Shown one piece after another: positions 60,770 through 64,000 of a DNA stretch of 64,000 bases. The notes below the pieces were generated by a model. It did not search any database. It saw only the letters and a list, made by a program, of their open reading frames with translations, and was not told the DNA's origin. Origin of the DNA: Chloroflexota bacterium (lineage in GTDB: Bacteria; Chloroflexota; Dehalococcoidia; Lucifugimonadales; UBA3495). Both the position numbers and the translations under genes were made by a program. Where the stretch lies: the NCBI GenBank assembly GCA_028875055.1, contig JAPPGG010000069.1, positions 1,140-65,139 of the forward strand, written 5' to 3'. How positions within the stretch are numbered: the first letter of the stretch is position 1; each line of letters begins with the position of its first letter.

Positions 60770-61930
60770 ATGGAGCGACCTATTTTTCAACCCGTTGGCA
60801 CGCCGGTGGAAAGCCTGGATACCCCGGCCCTGGTAATTGATCTTGATATCATGGAATCCAACATAGACACACTGCATGACTCTTTCCGCCAGTTGCTGCC
60901 GGACGGTGAGACGCCGCAAACGGACGCCTGCGTCAGGCCCCACGTCTCCTGCCACGGCTGTCCCGAAATTGCCTTGCGCCAGGTGTCGGCCGACGAAGGT
61001 CTCATAGAAATGGCTCCCAGTTGCACTGGGGGAATCGCCGTTGCTTCCCTGGGGGAGGCGGAAGTATTTGCGTCGGCGGGTTTCAATGACATCCTCATCA
61101 CCGGCCGCGCTATTACCGGGCCCAAGATTCGCCGCTTGCTGGCCCTGGCCCGGGACAACTGGGTCTTTCAGGCAGTGGACAACCTCCGGAACGTGCAGAA
61201 CCTTTCCGAGGCTGCCGCTGCTGAGGATGCCATCCTGGGGATCTTGGTTGATATCGATGCCGGTTATGGTCACGGCGGGGTGAGTTCCGCCACCGATGCC
61301 CTGGCGCTGGCCCGGGCAGTGGAGGACGCCCCTGGTCTCGCGCTGATGGGACTGATGGCCTACGAGGGGCCCTACTCAACTACCAGCCAGCCCGAACTGC
61401 AGGAAGAGTCCCTGCGCCGACTGCGGGTGGTAAACGATGCCAGGGAACAGATAGAAGGCGCGGGCATCGAAATTACGCTGGTAAGCGCCGGAAGTACCTA
61501 CAATTATGATGTGGCGGCCAGGATACCCGGCGTTACCGAAGTTATGGCCGGGGTCTATCCGCTGATGGACGGACAGATGTCTCGACTTCGCCCGGAACTG
61601 CAGCCAGCCGCCAGGGTGTTGTCCACGGTCATCAGCCACCCGGTGCCCGGGCGGGCGGTGGTAGATGCCGGTCATAAGACCACGGGACCGGACTTTGGAG
61701 TTGCCGCGCTGGATGACATTCCCGGCGCCGTGGCCACCCGGTTCAGCGCCGAGCATGGCATTCTGGAGCTGGAAGGGGAAGCTACCGGCGAATTTAACCC
61801 CAACGACAAGGTGTGGCTGGTCCCCTACAACCTGTCCCTCTGCGTGAACCAGTTTGATTACTTCCGCGCCGTTAGGGACGGCAGGCTCGTCGGATACTGG
61901 CCCATATCTGCCAGGGGCAGACTGGACTGA
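60770..61930 (+). CDS. D-threonine aldolase/DSD1-like fold-type-III protein lacking the PLP lysine
   Basis: LDTPALVIDL, RPHVSCHGC (expected RPHxKTHK), AYEG, DAGHK, SAEHG. Confidence 0.85.
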   Translation: MERPIFQPVGTPVESLDTPALVIDLDIMESNIDTLHDSFRQLLPDGETPQTDACVRPHVSCHGCPEIALRQVSADEGLIEMAPSCTGGIAVASLGEAEVFASAGFNDILITGRAITGPKIRRLLALARDNWVFQAVDNLRNVQNLSEAAAAEDAILGILVDIDAGYGHGGVSSATDALALARAVEDAPGLALMGLMAYEGPYSTTSQPELQEESLRRLRVVNDAREQIEGAGIEITLVSAGSTYNYDVAARIPGVTEVMAGVYPLMDGQMSRLRPELQPAARVLSTVISHPVPGRAVVDAGHKTTGPDFGVAALDDIPGAVATRFSAEHGILELEGEATGEFNPNDKVWLVPYNLSLCVNQFDYFRAVRDGRLVGYWPISARGRLD

Positions 61931-61988
61931 CCGAAGTCCCGGCCAGGGACATTCAAGATGCTTGAAGCCAGACCACGGAGGACCTGAA

Positions 61989-63092
61989 ATGCACGATCTG
62001 TATCGCCCTAAGCCAGGAACGCCTGTAAGTGAACTGGATACCCCTTGCCTCATCCTGGATATGGACGCCCTGGACCATAACATGGATGTAATGGCCAGCT
62101 TTTATGAAGGTCGCCACAGCAAGCTGAGGGGCCACAGCAAGAACCACAAGACTCCGGCCATAGCGTTGCGACAGATACGTCGCGGCGGCACCGTGGGCGG
62201 TGTGTGCGCAGCCAAGGTGTCGGAAGCCGAGGTCATGGTGCATGGTGGGGTTCCCAGCGTGTTCGTCACCAGCGAAGTGGTGGACCCCGCAAAGATTGAG
62301 CGGCTGTGCACCCTGGCCCGGGACGCTGAAATCCTGGTGGCCTGCGACACGGAGGCTAACGCCCGAGACATTTCCACCGCCGCCAACAAGCTTGGCGTGA
62401 ACGTTGGGGTTGTCATTGAGCAGGAGACCGGCCTGGTCCGTTGCGGTGTCCAGGATGTTGAACCCGGCGTGGCCCTGGCCAGACTGATTGATTCCCTGCC
62501 TGGGCTGTCATTCAAGGGTGTGATGAGCCACCAGATGATGTCTGAACCCTCTTCGGACCGGGAAGACCGGGTTACCGAGGCTCACAGGTTGATTCAACCG
62601 GTGCTGGACCTGCGAGAGGCGGTTCTCGCCGCGGGCCTGCCGGTGGAAATAATCTCCACGGGCGAGACCTGGAGTTACGACGTGGCCGGTGAAATGCCCG
62701 AGGTCACCGAGGTCCAGGGGGGCAGCTACCTGGTAATGGAAACCGGCTACGAGTACATGCCCGACTTCCTGTTTGCCGGCAAGGTGTTGAGCACCGTAAT
62801 CAGCGCCCCGAAGGTGGGTATTGCCGTGGGTGACGCCGGCGCACGCGCCGTGGGCGGCCTGAAGGGACTGCCCCGGGTTGAGGGTCGTCCTGGCGTGGAG
62901 GCTGTGGATATGGACCCCGACCGCACCGTCTTCCAGGTTGCCGAGGGCGTAACCCTGGAGGTGGGTGACCAGATCACTCTCATACCTGGCCAGCAGGACG
63001 CCATGGTCAGCCGGTGGGACCGGTTTGTGGGCATCAGGAACGGGGTCGTTGAGTCGGTGTGGGACATCCAGGCCAGGGGGTGCCACAACTAG
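61989..63092 (+). CDS. D-threonine aldolase/DSD1-like PLP enzyme
   Basis: LDTPCLILD, RGHSKNHK, AKVSEAE, RCGV, EVQGGSY; ATG at 61989 after GGAGG. Confidence 0.88.
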   Translation: MHDLYRPKPGTPVSELDTPCLILDMDALDHNMDVMASFYEGRHSKLRGHSKNHKTPAIALRQIRRGGTVGGVCAAKVSEAEVMVHGGVPSVFVTSEVVDPAKIERLCTLARDAEILVACDTEANARDISTAANKLGVNVGVVIEQETGLVRCGVQDVEPGVALARLIDSLPGLSFKGVMSHQMMSEPSSDREDRVTEAHRLIQPVLDLREAVLAAGLPVEIISTGETWSYDVAGEMPEVTEVQGGSYLVMETGYEYMPDFLFAGKVLSTVISAPKVGIAVGDAGARAVGGLKGLPRVEGRPGVEAVDMDPDRTVFQVAEGVTLEVGDQITLIPGQQDAMVSRWDRFVGIRNGVVESVWDIQARGCHN

Positions 63093-63159
63093 CCCGGAGG
63101 AATCGGGATAGACCTTGCGGGGTCCCGCGCCGCGGATTGACCGGACTCCATTTCTTTCT

Positions 63160-63831
63160 TCAGTCGTTGAGGCCGGGCCAGGCCGGCACAGACAGCAGCT
63201 CCTTGAGCTTGTTTGCGCTGCTGTGGGGCCCGGAAAGTACGGGCACCGGGCAAACTTGCTGCAGCCGGTTCAGCGCCGACGCCATGGAGAACTGCCCCAG
63301 CAAAACGGCGTCCACCCGTTCGGACAGGTCCAGAACCAGCTCTTCCAGTCGCCGATTGAAGGCGTCCTCACCCTGGGTGCGGTACAGGGGGATCAGTTCC
63401 TCGGCAAAGCAGAGTTCAGTCTCGATGGTTCGGCCCTGGTCTTCCGCCGTTAGCTGCAGGTAGTAGTCCGAGTCCCTGAGGGTTGCTCCCACCGAGGCAA
63501 TAATTCCTATCCTCTTTCCAGCCCTTACCGCCTCTTCCATGACCGGGCTGTAGGACGAGACCACCGGAACGTCCACCAGGTCTTTGGCGGTTTCCACCAC
63601 GGGTGCATAGACTGAGCAGGCCAGGCCGATGGCGTCCGCCCCATATTCCTCGCAGTAGCAGATGAGCTGGCTCATACGGCGCCGCAACTGGGGTGTAATG
63701 TTGCCCTTGAAGTCTATGAACAGGGCCTCGTCCAGCAGGTTTATCAGTTCCGCCTCGGGGAAAACCTCCCCGAAAGCCACCTTGACGGGCGGCACTGACT
63801 CGGCCAGTGCATGAATCATAACAACGCGCAT
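63160..63831 (-). CDS. Asp/Glu/hydantoin racemase superfamily protein
   Basis: IHAL, NLLDE.L, AIGLACS, RIGIIAS, LGQFSMA, PVLS. Confidence 0.8.
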   Translation of the reverse strand: MRVVMIHALAESVPPVKVAFGEVFPEAELINLLDEALFIDFKGNITPQLRRRMSQLICYCEEYGADAIGLACSVYAPVVETAKDLVDVPVVSSYSPVMEEAVRAGKRIGIIASVGATLRDSDYYLQLTAEDQGRTIETELCFAEELIPLYRTQGEDAFNRRLEELVLDLSERVDAVLLGQFSMASALNRLQQVCPVPVLSGPHSSANKLKELLSVPAWPGLND

Positions 63832-64000
63832 CAGTTTCCTTGCCTCAGATGGAATGAGGGCATTAATTCTTGATTGACAGGTTCAGATTAAATTGTAGCA
63901 CCCGGCTTCCGGAAATGATACATCATTGTTACGAATGTTGGGCATAATATTGCCGGCAACCACGATATAGTTATATGTCGAAGTGGCGGATTCCGCGTAA

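Overview
High-GC bacterial chromosome segment, most consistent with Chloroflexota (Dehalococcoidia/SAR202-like). It is probably a sponge symbiont, inferred from the SupA-type PKS, the rplI-dnaB-dnaD-(double DnaC) block, the unlinked 23S rRNA and the many paralogous catabolic enzymes. Contents: the 3' part of a type I PKS, about 45 metabolic and housekeeping CDSs, tRNA-Ile2(CAT), a stand-alone 23S rRNA followed by tRNA-fMet, one IS701 element, a T-box upstream of ilvB and several REP-like palindromes. No CRISPR array or prophage was seen. Best leads: (1) a panD-like decarboxylase plus two SAM methyltransferases behind a ~400-nt highly structured leader, a candidate osmolyte pathway (beta-alanine betaine, or a split DsyGD-like DMSP route) under an unrecognised RNA element; (2) two tandem fold-type-III PLP paralogs that have lost complementary catalytic motifs, a candidate obligate heterodimer; (3) a 23S gene with neither 16S nor 5S beside it and an 84-nt helix-45 hairpin; (4) an IS701 inserted into the -10 box of a promoter. 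All calls come from reading motifs by eye; no database search or RNA folding was run.
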